This document shows positions 17,941 to 31,716 of a DNA stretch of 64,000 bases, in pieces (within the stretch, counting starts at the first letter, position 1; every line of letters starts with the position of its first letter). This DNA is from Octopus sinensis (lineage: Eukaryota). The stretch is from NCBI RefSeq assembly GCF_006345805.1, contig NC_042998.1, positions 159,216,001 through 159,280,000 on the forward strand. Reading direction: 5' to 3'. Made by a program: the position numbers and the translations under genes. The notes beneath the pieces were generated by a model. The model saw only the letters and a list, made by a program, of their open reading frames with translations, searched no databases and had not been told where the DNA came from.

Positions 17941-19177
17941 ATGTGTAGATACCCACACATACATTGTGTGGGTGATATTTTCAAGCCAGACGTTACAATC
18001 GTATTTGATTCTTCAAGTGCTTCAATTCTGTTGTGTCTGTAGATATATTTATGAGATTGCTGACATTTATTAATGGTTTTCCCCATTGTGTTGATGTCCA
18101 TTTTCTATCACTAATAAAATTGTCGGCATTTTTGACGACACGGGTATGAAAGTCTTTATATAACTGACAATGTTGATTTACGTACAACTGAAATATATAA
18201 ACAAATGAATTCAGAGTGAATCAAAGTGAGAATAGTAAATTAAGTGGTAGAACGTGTTGGTTGAAAAGTGAGAAAGAATCAACAAGACGAAGAAAAGGAA
18301 ATTGTTCAATTGCATCTGTTGAAGGATTAAGTTTCTTGAAAATTCAGTCATGAAAATAGAAGGTAAGAAGGTGACCAAGAAGAAAATGATTAAATGGTAT
18401 CGAGACATGGATTGCGGTGAGTGCTTCGGAAAGCAGAATGAAAGTCCAATACGAGAGGAATTGAAGTTTTTGTAAAAAAAACTCAGATACCCCCAACAAC
18501 AGAAATGCTATGGAAATGACTTAACTTCGCTTGGTTCAGCCACTCTTAACCGGCTTGGTTCGCCCACTCTCCCTTTCACCCTCCCTCTCTGTACACCCCT
18601 TTCTCACTCCCTTCTTTCCCTCTTTCCACTTTTTACTATCTTAATTTGTACTTCCGAATGACAAACATATATATTTCTCATATATCAGCATACGGCACGA
18701 TTTTGTAGTCGGAAGTATTCATTATGAATTGACTAGTCCTGCTAACAACTAGATAGAGAAAGAAAATGAGACTCTAAGATTTCGAGATTCGTCACGGACG
18801 GAGGTGACGTGTGATAATATGCTGCATTCAGTAATTCAGCTTTCCAGAATTGTAACTTTACTAGCGACGAAATGACAGGATTTCTACGATCATCTTAGAA
18901 AATGAGAATTTTGGAAATAAATTTTTCATTCGTCCACCAAATATATCTACCATAGTCAATTCAGATGATTATGCTCAAACTCCTTTAAAAGACTTAACCA
19001 AATAACATGCCAAAGAATGTCATCATTCTGTATTAGATCGAGAATTTACACAGTGGAAAACTAGTTTATAGCTTAGAGCAGCAATGTTCAGCTCTTTTTT
19101 TCTTTTCATCTACAACACATTGATTAAGACGTTAGAGGAATCACAGTATACCATCAGTTTCCTCTTTTTTTTCAAAG

Positions 19178-19276
19178 ATTTATTGCATAAAAAAGAAACT
19201 GGTATTCAGATTCTGAAAACCGAGATGGAATATGCATTGTATGTTGCTGCAAAGGAAGACATATTTACTGATTATG
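19178..19276 (+). CDS. candidate 99-bp internal coding exon (phase 1-1) of an unidentified host gene
   Basis: Pyrimidine-rich acceptor TTTCCTCTTTTTTTTCAAAG, open frame xLLHKKETGIQILKTEMEYALYVAAKEDIFTDYx, donor G|GTACGT. The protein is not recognised and no partner exons were found. Confidence 0.3.
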
Positions 19277-19687
19277 GTACGTTAAAAACGCTTCTCAAAT
19301 TTTCTAGAATCCCTGATACTTTTCGACTCCCTTCAAAACCTCCACGCATACTCGCACGCCATACATGGTTCACAAGTGTTGTACAGCGCAGTCGTTTCAA
19401 AAACGTCTAGCTTAGAATATTTTGCTTCGTCCTACTATGTCCTGAGTTCAAATCCTGGCGGTGTGAATTTTCCTTCCTTCTTTGAATAGATTATATACTA
19501 GTGGCATATTAGAGTAGACTTCTTTAACAGGTATATTTACCTTCCAATAAAAATTAGTGTCTTATCTAGTAAAAGAAGGTTAATATTTTCATCGGTGTGA
19601 TATTTATATATATATTCATACATACACACAGACACATTTATACATACATATATACATACATACATAAATTTAATGACTTATTTATAT

Positions 19688-20410
19688 GATGATGGTGATG
19701 ATGATGTTGATGATGGCTGTTTACTTATGACCGAGGAAGACCATCACTGACCATTGCTCATGCAACCTGCCAACAATGCCCGTGCATGAAGTTATTGCAC
19801 AAGCAGTCGGCGTCACCCGGGTTCGCGTCTGCGGCACCCTCCTACTTGACTGGGCATCAGATTGTCGCCTCGCCGGCGATTGCACAGCTCAAAATATTAG
19901 GTCCAACGGGGGTTTCACAGCACCTCACAGACAAGACACTTTCCACCCATCTGACATGATCGAGAGACAAGTCATGGCAAGATATCCAACTGCCAATATG
20001 GGTCGTAAGCTCAGAAATGTGGGAACACCATGATTTCAAGCGCAAGCAAAGATCCCAAAATGTTCAATGCTCTTCCCAGTGTATCTGGTTTTATATCAGT
20101 GACCTCCTCCTCCTAGAGACATGCTTTAACAGAATCTAAGAGGTGCTTCATCCCCAGTGGTCTTCCAGCACGCCGGACACCAATTCGGAATTTCTGAAGT
20201 CCAATGATATTGTTAAATAGATCTTAAAGCTACACTAGATTCATCCGTCCTTTTGACAGGTCTTGTTTTTAGTCCTGCTGGATTTCTATTAACCCTCCTC
20301 ATCAGGCAAGCTTAATGCGGGGAGCCGGTTTAGTCGGCGACGACCCGATCATGCATTTGGCTGAACTGGATACCATGTTACCAGTAGCACTCATGAGAGA
20401 TCTCACCCAC
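19688..20410 (-). mobile_element. ~700-bp non-autonomous element with an RTE-type 3' end and (CAT)n tail
   Basis: The minus-strand terminus GATGGTCTTCCTCGGTCATAAGTAAACAGCCATCATCA matches the RTE 3' end at 46865-46902 in 30 of 38 positions. The body has no recognisable RT. Confidence 0.55.
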
Positions 20411-20705
20411 ACACATATATACATACATGTATGTCTGAGTGGTATGTAAGCATATATACATGTATGTATGTGTATTTAATTACTTTATAATGAGTGTAAC
20501 ACAACATTATTCATATGCGGCTTACCCCTGACTCCATGGATTTGTTATTCATCCAGATCTGACAAATGTCATTAGATACTTACAAGTCTTTCATAGCATC
20601 CACGTCTTATTTGGAACCAGTGTTAGCTCACATACGAATCGTTGTATTCTGCTTATGATAAAGTAAATATTTCATTCTTCACTCGAAATTGAGTTCTTAG
20701 CTTAT

Positions 20706-20788
<83 letters not shown>

Positions 20789-20837
20789 GTATGTATCTAT
20801 GGATGTATGTATGTATGTATGTATATGTATATATATA

Positions 20838-20911
<74 letters not shown>

Positions 20912-21028
20912 GTACATACATACATATACATGCTTACATATATGCATATACTTATGTGTATATATAGGTGTGTGTGTGTGTGTGTGGTTGTGTGTATGGA
21001 TACATATATATGATATATATACACATGG

Positions 21029-21059
<31 letters not shown>

Positions 21060-22003
21060 ACATATGTGTGTTCTTCAAAACAGAATAGAATAGGATTTCA
21101 TTATTATTATCTTAAGATGCAGATGACGCATAGTTTGAAATTTGGTTCCGTAGGACTTATAATTTACAGAAGATAAGACAGACAGCACAGCCAACTTAGG
21201 CAAGCAATAAAATTAAAAAGTAGCCGAATATAGAGTGTTAAGTATATATAATTGGTTTCCGATGCTTTTTGGTCGAGCATTCAATCAGGATTTCTAAATT
21301 AGTTCATGTTTTTAAAAGCCGTAATCTTCTTCCTGAGAGCAAAGAAATGAATATCACAGCAGTAAAATTGCTGGTTTCACTGGTAATGCGTAATGCATTA
21401 GAGTGTTTTCATATGTAATAGATGTGTTGCAAGTTAAGGGAAATAGTGGTAATAATTTTCCAAGTGGTGATCAGAAGATTTTGCGTTTCTGAGCTGTGAT
21501 CTTACCGAACCAATCAGTGTTTGACTTTCGTAATGGTTGGTTCAACTATGTCTCATCACTTCCCAATTTAAACCCCTCTCAACTTTTGTAGAAAGTAAAA
21601 GCTTTGATAAGCAGAATTGTCAGAGCGTCGAACAAAATGACTTGCAATTTTTGTTCCGGCTCTTTTCATTCTGAGTTCAAATCTTGCTTGACAACGGTAT
21701 TGCCTTTCATCTTTCAGAAGCTGTTAAAATAAAGTACCAGTAAAGTACTAGAGCTGAGCCAATCAGCTAAAATTCTTTCAATTTAGTAACCTTGAGCCTT
21801 TATAAGAAACTTTATTATTATTATTGTTGTTGCTGTTGCTGTTGTTATTATTATTATTATTTTCTCACTTTCTTTGGCTAAAATGAAGTGATTAAATATA
21901 TTCAACGTGAACAGTAGGTGCTCCTTTTATTGAACATTCGATATTACAATACAACACAAAAACATGCCTTAAAAGATTATATACGTGATATAAAAGTTCA
22001 AAT

Positions 22004-22416
22004 GCGGCGAGCTGGCTGAGACGTTAGCACGCCGGGCGAAATGCGTAGCCATATTTCATCTGCCGTTACGTTCTGAGTTCAAATTCCGCCGAAGTCGACT
22101 TTGCCTTTCATCCTTTCGGGGTCGATAAATTAAGTACCAGTTACGTACTGGGGTCGATATAATCGACTTAATCCGTTTGTCTGTCCTTGTTTGTCCCCTC
22201 TGTGTTTAGCCCCTTGTGGGTAGTAAAGAAATAAGTATTTCGTCTGCCGCTACGTTCTGAGTTCAAATTCCGCCGAGGTCGACTTTGCCTTTCAGCCCTT
22301 CGGGGTCGATTAAATAAGTACCAGTTACGCACTGGGATCGATATAATCGACTTAATCCGTTTGTCTGTCCTTGTTTGTCCTCTCTGTTTTTAGCCCCTTG
22401 TGGGTAGTAAAGAAAT
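22004..22416 (+). mobile_element. dimeric family B SINE (full monomer plus headless second monomer)
   Basis: Monomers at 22004-22233 and 22235-22416, flanked by GATATAAAAGTT at 21987-21998 and 22418-22429 (TSD). Confidence 0.85.
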
Positions 22417-22616
22417 AGATATAAAAGTTAAAAGGAAAATGTTATATAAAAGTTTAAATACAAAGGTTATGTGAATTTTGAATATAAAATTGTAAGTTTA
22501 AACTTATATTAAATTGATTTAAGTGATTATATATGTGTGAGTATATGTGTGTGTGCGGGGTGTATGTATGCATATATGCATATATATATACATACAAACA
22601 GTTGAACCATATACTG

Positions 22617-22660
<44 letters not shown>

Positions 22661-23061
22661 ATAGTAAATAGGGTAATAAAAATAAATTATTATTACCAGT
22701 GACCTAGCACAAAAGACGAATTAGTCATTAGACTATACGTTATTCATATATAAATACATTAAAAGGCTTCCAAATAAAGAAGCGAGTGCTTGATACACAA
22801 AAAGGGGATAAATTCATGAAATGGAATGAAAATCAAAAACGTTTACCATCTCAGCTAATCCTGTACTGCAGTTTCATCTTTTTTTTAGCAAATGAATAGA
22901 ATTTATCTGCCAAGGCCAGAATCGTCAGCAGGAAGCCTTTGTAATCCGAGCTGTACATACCGTTAGAAGCACGTGCAAATCTAACGATCTGTATACCCTA
23001 ACTTTTCAGACCAGTGCGCAGACGCAAACAATACCCAACAGATAAATTCTATTCATTATTA

Positions 23062-23151
<90 letters not shown>

Positions 23152-23152
<1 letters not shown>

Positions 23153-23507
23153 TTATGTTTGACTTTTGCTTTGCATTTGTACAAGTTGGCTCCAAGTCTC
23201 ACCCAGAGACTTCATGAGACAACAGGCTAGAAGTTCATGCTGGTGTTATGTCTAGGATGCCATATATTTGGTTTTGTACATAGTGTTGTTTTAGAGAATT
23301 ATTATTATTGAGTGAGAGAGCAGTGCATGCCATCAAAGTGACACTGGGGTAAAATATACGAAGCCCAGTATACCCATCGTGACTACCCGTCTGATAAGGG
23401 TACACTAGGCACATGCATCACAACCATGTCTGAGCGACATGGTAATCTCATATCAAGATAAACATCACATGACCTTGCAGGTGGGGCCCAGTTAGATTTT
23501 TCTATTA

Positions 23508-23580
<73 letters not shown>

Positions 23581-23592
23581 TACTACTACTAC

Positions 23593-23667
<75 letters not shown>

Positions 23668-23676
23668 TACTACTAC

Positions 23677-23761
<85 letters not shown>

Positions 23762-24115
23762 TTATGTTTGACTTTTGCTTTGCATTTGTACAAGTTGGCT
23801 CCAAGTCTCACCCAGAGACTTCATGAGACAACAGGCTAGAAGTTCATGCTGGTGTTATGTCTAGGATGCCATATATTTGGTTTTGTACATAGTGTTGTTT
23901 TAGAGAATTATTATTATTGAGTGAGAGAGCAGTGCATGCCATCAAAGTGACACTGGGGTAAAATATACGAAGCCCAGTATACCCATCGTGACTACCCGTC
24001 TGATAAGGGTACACTAGGCACATGCATCACAACCATGTCTGAGCGACATGGTAATCTCATATCAAGATAAACATCACATGACCTTGCAGGTGGGGCCCAG
24101 TTAGATTTTTCTATT
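23152..24115 (-). repeat. 609-bp-period tandem duplication of a cassette made of an R4/Dong 3' UTR plus another retroelement 3' end, within (ATT)n
   Basis: 23152-23300 is the reverse complement of the R4/Dong 3' UTR (compare 16760-16865). 23305-23505 is a second element ending ..CTGCTCTCTCACTC(AAT)n on the minus strand. The unit repeats at 23761-24115. Confidence 0.85.
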
Positions 24116-24116
24116 A

Positions 24117-24173
<57 letters not shown>

Positions 24174-24292
24174 TATTATTATTACTACTACTACTATTAT
24201 TATTATTATTTTATTATTATTATTATTATTATTATATTATTATTATTTTATTATTATTATTATTACTACTACTACTACTATTATTATTATTA

Positions 24293-24333
<41 letters not shown>

Positions 24334-24344
24334 ATTATTATTAT

Positions 24345-24560
24345 AAGGGTGGCAAGCTGGCAAAATAGTATACCGGACAAAATGTCTAGTGGCATTTCTT
24401 TCGCTTTAACGAACTGATTTCAAATTTCGCCGGAGTCAACTTTAACTTTCATCGTTTCGGGTCGATGAAATAAAACGCAGTTTAGCATCGGAGTCGATGT
24501 AATCGACTGGCCCCTTCTCTAAAATCTCAGGCTTTGTAACTATAGTAGAAAGGATTATTA
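24345..24560 (+). mobile_element. family B SINE
   Basis: Head GGCAAGCTGGCAAAA, central TTTCATCGTTTCGGGTCGATGAAA, tail TAGTAGAAAGGATTATTATT. Confidence 0.75.
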
Positions 24561-25323
24561 TTGTCGTTGTCGTTGTTGCTGTTTCTAAATATGGGACCTG
24601 AAATTGTAAGTCAAAAATTGTATGTCAAACTTTTATAGAACCAGCAATATGCAGCAAATCATCTACTTGAAAAATTTCACCAAAATGTTAATAGAATTAA
24701 CTTGATTCTTCACTTTCTGAAGTAAAACAAGAACAATATATTTCAATCTACAATTGGCTTTTTGTGTATTAGGTTATTATACTGAGAGACAGTTCGCATA
24801 CAAAGCGGGATACGTCGAATTCATGATTATCACTTCTTATCATCAGCAAACTTCATTAACAGTAGATCCGATCGTATTTATAGAGGGAACGAAGCTTTGT
24901 GCTTCAATGGAGAATGGTTGGATGTGTGTGTGTGTGTGTGTGTGTGTTGTGTGTGTGTGTGTGTGTGTTTGTGCGTGCGTGTGTGTGTGTGCGTGTGTGT
25001 GTGTGAGGCTGGTAAATATACTTGCTTGTATGTACTTCATAAATTACCACAATAAACATTTTATCAGTTTGTGTATCATTGATACGTGTCATCATTATCT
25101 TTTTGAGTGGGGGGTATAAAAATGTTAATTATTGATTTTGAAGAGACTCTAGCTTACTAATTTTATACTGAAAAGACATTTACCTCGTCTGTGGAGCTAG
25201 AGTAACATATAGTAATAATTGCCAATGCTCCAACGTAAAAACGATTTGGAATAAAAATGAATCAAGAAAATGTGGTGATTATCACAGACAGTCAGATAAA
25301 TAGATAGACAGGTAGGTAGGTAG

Positions 25324-25641
<318 letters not shown>

Positions 25642-27699
25642 GAAGAAATAATTAGGTAGCTATTTTATTTGATTCTCAGAATGTATTACAAAATTATCGA
25701 CGATTAAGTCTAAGGCAGAAAAATCTTAATGGAGAAAATAAATCATACTACTTTGAGAAAACATAAGATGGGAAAGAAATATATTACTTTAATAACAATA
25801 TTCTGATAAACAGAGACATTTCCTAAAGGTCTAGCAAATTTTATTTTTATTTTAGATTTCTTTCATTATCACTAAACCACAGATACTTTGCAAGTGAAAG
25901 TAGACAGTCGACTGCATAATCTCCCAAAACTGGACAGATACACATTTTCTGGCCTGTTCACAACACAAGTGATAACACTTTACATTCTTTCTCTTGCTCT
26001 CAAATTAACAGCATGGTCCCGAAACATTAGGTTTGTTATTTCTAACAGTAACTGAAATTGTCTTCTCGGAAAGATGAAAACACTATTGACTCGAGCAGTA
26101 CTTAAACTCTAATGAAATACAGCAAATACATTTGTATGACACTAAACCAATTCTGCCATACCATAACATCGTGATAATAGAAATAGTAAATTCTAACTAA
26201 CCCACAATGTTATGGCTTGATAAATGATTTTTAATAGACCCCGAAAGGAAGAAAATATTTTTTATAGACCCCTAAATGATGAAAGGATGACCGGGTGAGG
26301 AGGTAAGGTCTTTAATTCAAATTGTAAGAGGAGCGCCAAAATACTTTCGGCACACAACTGATTCTGCACCCATTACAAATTATTTTTCGTAACAGGTTCA
26401 GATCTACCATAAAGAAATTTTGACGGACCTCGATATGAAATGTGAATTATTACACCATAGTGTTAATGTCAGCTGGCCACACAAAAAGTGCATGATCAAG
26501 CACTTGTATGAGCTGAATAATTAAATGTAACTTTTCATAGATGTCGAAGGTATGAAATTCTCAAAGCTGGTTATGTGGTTTGATAGTTTTGGCCGATATC
26601 ACTAGCACATAAATTACCCAAGGACAGGGGTCAGAAAATGTTAAGAGAACTTTCATTTTTCCAGGGTAGTTGATATTGAACATTAATCTGGACATCTTTG
26701 GTATTTTGGTTGTTAAACTAATATAATTATCTTGTTAATTAATGCATTGTAACATTGTAATTAATACCCTTTTACTGCTGTCATGTGCATATCATGAGCA
26801 TACCTGTAAATTTGTGAAATTAACGATTCATTAATTTTTCCCAACACAGATGCAGCCACACTTGTTCTTCGCTAACAATTCACCCACTAAACTGCAAGTA
26901 TATCCACTACCACCCTCTACAGTCACTCAACTGGCAACAAATTATGCGCCAAATCTACTTCAAATCACACGTTACTATGTTATAAAAACCCATAGGAAAA
27001 TCTAGTCTTAGATATATTGTGTCAAAGTAAAACATATGATGCTGCCGTCTGGAGTGCCTTCAATCAAAGGTCTGAGACTACTACATCAAATATATACGTT
27101 TTCCTTTTTAAACATAGGGTTGTGATTTGAGAGGGATTTGGTTTCTATTTCTTATAGATTGAGTGACCGCATAAAGCTCCCACATTTGTTTGAAACCTTG
27201 AAACTTTGCCTTCAATGTTATGAAAATGCCAGCTTTATCACGTATCATCTCAAAAGATATGTTTAGATGTAAGATAATGTCTGTCGATGGCGTTTGCTAC
27301 TACCTTCATCTTCAATACAGACGTCAAATGTCATATACTAAACATCAAAACAAAACTTCATATTTTCATTATTCATTTCTATCATTCGTAAAACGCGTCA
27401 CTAACTATTTTCCTCAGATAATACAAAATATATATGTATATCAAAGTGTATTTACTTTTATGCACGCAAACACTAACGTACATGTACGTACATGCATGTA
27501 CATACTACTTACACGCACACACACACATTCATATATATACAAGCATACTCATGTATGTATGTATGTATACACACATCTATCTACATAAATGTATATTGTT
27601 CGTTAGAACAAATAAATACAGATTTGAAAGAGGTACTAAATACTAGTTCATATCTAGTTCTTATATTAGCCGAAAGCTGAATTACGAAAGATCAATCGT

Positions 27700-27730
<31 letters not shown>

Positions 27731-27809
27731 AATATGTGTGTGTGTCTGTGTGCACGTGCGCGTAGGTGTTTGTACGTATACACATATACATACATATATA
27801 TATATATAT

Positions 27810-27858
<49 letters not shown>

Positions 27859-27943
27859 TATATAGAAATATATACATATATACATATCAATATATTATAG
27901 CATGTATTATATCTATTATCTCTTTGTGTTTTCATGTTTGGAT

Positions 27944-27981
<38 letters not shown>

Positions 27982-28255
27982 CTTACACTCACACACATAT
28001 GAACATAAATTAATAAACTTGTATATAAATTGATTATATCGTCTTTATGCACACAAAATATCCACACAGTATGTATATATATGGGAAGTGTTTATGACTA
28101 TAAATTGAATGCAGAAACATGTATTCCGAAGTGTACTTTCCAGTGCATATAATTTCAAACCGAAACATCCCATTTATTTTCAAGTGCTTCCCATTTAACC
28201 ATATACATATTACCCATCTCTCTTTCTACCTACTCACCTACCCATCTTTCCACCC

Positions 28256-28382
<127 letters not shown>

Positions 28383-29214
28383 ATACACACATGCATTCAT
28401 ATGTGTGCGTGTCTGTGTGGCATCTGATACATCAGATTGCAGTATAAATCATTCATTATTTTTTAGATATACAGCTGTAAAGAGAGTGTATACTTGTTAT
28501 ATGCACTCTCCTACAATTATATAATATTGATTTTTAAAATTGCATACCCTGGTTTAAATAGCAGGTGTCACGCTTAATGTGCGCAAATATGTATATGAGT
28601 GTGTGTGTGCGTGTGTGTGTGTTTGTGTGTGTGTGATCGTATGTGAGTATTTGTGTGCATTTGTGTGTGAGAGTGTGTACGTGAAAGGAAAATAAAGAAA
28701 ATACTAAATATAACATCTTTTTAAATTAAAAAAATTATTTTAAGCTACACGGTTTAAATAAGGTTTTGAACTCATCATAAATTCACGTAATGTTTTGAAA
28801 AATGGATGTATTAATGAAAAACCATATAAACACTCAAATACGACGAGATGTGCACAGAAAACAACGGATTGAACCATATTTATGTAGATGACAAATGCTA
28901 ATGTTACACTAGTCTATGTTTCCTTTCTTGTTTACGCCTATAGAATCCTTAAATGGATGCACTTCTTTCCAGGATTCTCGAGTAACCCTTCGGAAAAGTT
29001 TAGAGTAGAAGTCACCAATAGATAGAACAACCCTACAAAGTGAACCATTGAGCTTTTCTCTATAGACTTAGGAACTTCTCCAAGATTTGGTACCAGCCTG
29101 CTTGAGACATCCTTTGTTTCTATGACATAAAGTTCCATCAACATTTATTTTAATTTGTTCCAAACACTAGCTTAATAATGACAAAATTCCATCCATCTAT
29201 CTATCAAACTTCTC

Positions 29215-29580
29215 TGCTAACTATTCCTGGATGGTCTCGGTGAGAGAGCCCTCAAGCACCTCCACCATAGGAGAAGCAACGATCATTACACTTTTCAGTT
29301 GAATTCCAAAGTGCGACCAACTGAAGCTATGGATATTATCCAACTATCTCGTTTTTGGTGTACATTTCAGTCTCCTGTCACTTGGCTCGGCTTCAAAAAT
29401 TCGTCTTAGGATTATTTCCTGCGACATTCTAACTAGATGTCCGTAGTACCAGAGCTGTGACCTCTCAATGCTGAGAAGTAGCAGCTTGACCTGGAAAGAC
29501 TTCGAATTACGCTCAAGAGATCCTTCGGAGGAACCCATTTCGGCCGCTTTTACTCGCGATCGTATTCTTTCGATCACTGC
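29215..29580 (-). mobile_element. RTE-clade LINE fragment (post-RT region)
   Basis: IERIRSRVKAAEMG..LLSIERSQLWYYGHLVRMSQE..RRIFEAEP..RR is typical of the RTE C-terminal region. Confidence 0.75.
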
Positions 29581-29850
29581 CTAACATTCATGATCATTTT
29601 ACTTAATGTTTCATTATTTTAAATAATAATTGAAACGGAAGTAATATATTTCAACATGAATATACTAACAAAAGGGTTTCACTGTATTTGTGGATCATCG
29701 AGCAACCGATAGCTTTTAGATGGTTTTTAGTGTCAAGATATATTTAATTTTTGCTTATATAAACGTTGCCACTGTTGGAAACGAGGTGAAGGGTACGCAA
29801 AGATATTTGATATATGTAGCTTATGATATAATGTACATGTGAGCAAATGT

Positions 29851-30246
29851 AGGCGAAGGAGTGGCTGTGTAGTAAGAAGATTTCTTCCCAACCACATAGT
29901 TCCGGGTTCAGTTCCACTGTGTGGCATCTTGCACCAGTGCCTTCTACTATAGCCTTGGACCGACCAAAACCTTGTGAGTGGATTTGGTGGACAGAAACGA
30001 AAAGAGGCTTGTCATGTGTGTGTGTGAGTGTGTGTGTGGATGATTGTCCCCCACCACCGCTTGACATCAGGTGTTGGTGTGTTTACGACCTCATAACTTA
30101 TCGATTTGGTAAAAGTGACTGATAGAATAAAGTATCTTGCTTTAAAAAATAAGCACTGGGACCGATATATTCGACTAAAAAATTTTCAAGGCGGTGTCCC
30201 AGCTTGATCGCAGTCTAATGACTGAAGCAAGTAAAAAATAAAAGAT
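29851..30246 (+). mobile_element. family A SINE (diverged)
   Basis: Head AGGCGAAGGAGTGGCTGTGTAGTAAG..GGGTTCAGTTCC; tail GACTGAAGCAAGTAAAAAATAAAAG. Confidence 0.8.
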
Positions 30247-30859
30247 CAAAGATAAAAGATGAATGTAAAAAAATAATATTGGTAGCTGGATTCCAGCTTT
30301 CTCCATCGACTTTTTGATTCCAATATTAAAGAGTAACGACATAAAACTCACAACACGCGATCCTAGCATATAAGCTCTCACGCAAAAGAGAAAGAGAACA
30401 GTTGTTGTTGTTGTTGTTGATGATGCTGATGATGATGATGATGATGATTACGGGCAGTGAGTCATTAACTCTGAGTCGACTCTGATCGAGAATACAGCTA
30501 TGATCTGAACAAAATGGTTTAAGCCGTAAGCATCCCGGCTTTTTTTTTTATATTTAAAATTATAATGTTCAACGTGTACTCACATTTTAAAGCTGTTTGC
30601 TGCAAGTCGATAGCTATTTGACTGCTATTTCTACTTTGTTGCATGTACGTATAGACGCCGTCTTGGCTCTGCAGAGTAAAGTTTGCGTTGCAAGTGGTGC
30701 CTGCATGACCCAAACAAAAGTTTAAATTCTAATGGCTTTGGGCTTAATGTATCCAGAACATTACATAATTTGTGATGCATATTTCTAAGACAATGCAATA
30801 TGGGTTGGCGGGGATTTGATTACTCTTTCGAGCAAGTTGTGCTTCCGTACAAGGACGAA

Positions 30860-31180
30860 GAGGCAATACGTCGGTTACGACAACGGATGTTCCAGTTGAT
30901 CGAGTCAAATGGAACAGCCTTCTCATGAAATTAGAAAATGACGTGCAAGTAGCTGAGCACTCCACAGACACGCGTACCCTTACCATAGTTCTCATGGAGA
31001 TTCAGCGTCACACAGAATGTGACATGGCAAGCCCTTTTAAGTATAGGTACAACTAAGTTTCGCTAGCTGAGCGGACTGTAACAAGGTGAAACAAAGTGGC
31101 TTGCTCAAAGAAAACGCGCCGCTGGATATCGAACTCACGATCGTGAGCCGAACACCCTAACAACTAAACCATGCGCCTTC
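30860..31180 (-). mobile_element. tRNA-derived SINE, family C
   Basis: Minus-strand head GAAGGCGCATGGTTTAGTTGTTAGGGTGTTCGGCTCACGATCGTGAGTTCGATATCC; its body differs from families A and B. Confidence 0.7.
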
Positions 31181-31374
31181 GCACAAGGACAAACTATTCC
31201 AGAACTAAATTGGTTCTTATTTCATTGACCACAGACAAACAGATCACTTTAGAGGAAGCTTTAAATAAAAGTTTTATTTCTAACTTAACTCTTTATGTGC
31301 CAAACCCCCTTTTTCGAACTAATTAAGATGGGGTAAGTTTTAATACGATTTAACACTATGTATATGTATAAAGG

Positions 31375-31716
31375 ATAAAGACCCCACTCCCTTCGGTCAT
31401 CAATAAGCATGGGATTGCACCTAGAAAGTTCCCCTCCGGGCACAAGTCCGGGAAAGATTGTTTACGGAAGACCAGCAGTCACCCATGCATACCAGCCACC
31501 CCACTCTCCATACCACAGATGTTATCTAAATGAAAGGCAAAGGCCGATATAGCTTGGCATCAGTGACGTTGCAACTAATTTCTACAGCTGAGTGAACTGG
31601 AGCAACATGAAATAAAGTGTCTTACTCTATAACACAAAACAGAACTCAGTCCGAGAATCGTACTCACTACCTAATGATTGTGAGCCAGACGCCTTAACCA
31701 CTGCGACATGCGCCTA
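31375..31716 (-). mobile_element. tRNA-derived SINE, family D
   Basis: Minus-strand head AGGCGCATGTCGCAGTGGTTAAGGCGTCTGGCTCACAATC..GAGTACGATTCTC, with a distinct central body. Confidence 0.7.

Noticed and set aside
19084-19410. 108-aa ORF as a stand-alone gene
   Set aside because: The N-terminus is a translated polypyrimidine tract. Only the internal 99 bp is kept, as a low-confidence exon candidate.
20283-20306. Minus-strand CTGATGA..GAAA near the 5' end of the RTE-tailed element
   Set aside because: No stem II closing pair before GAAA and no stem III/NUH site could be formed.
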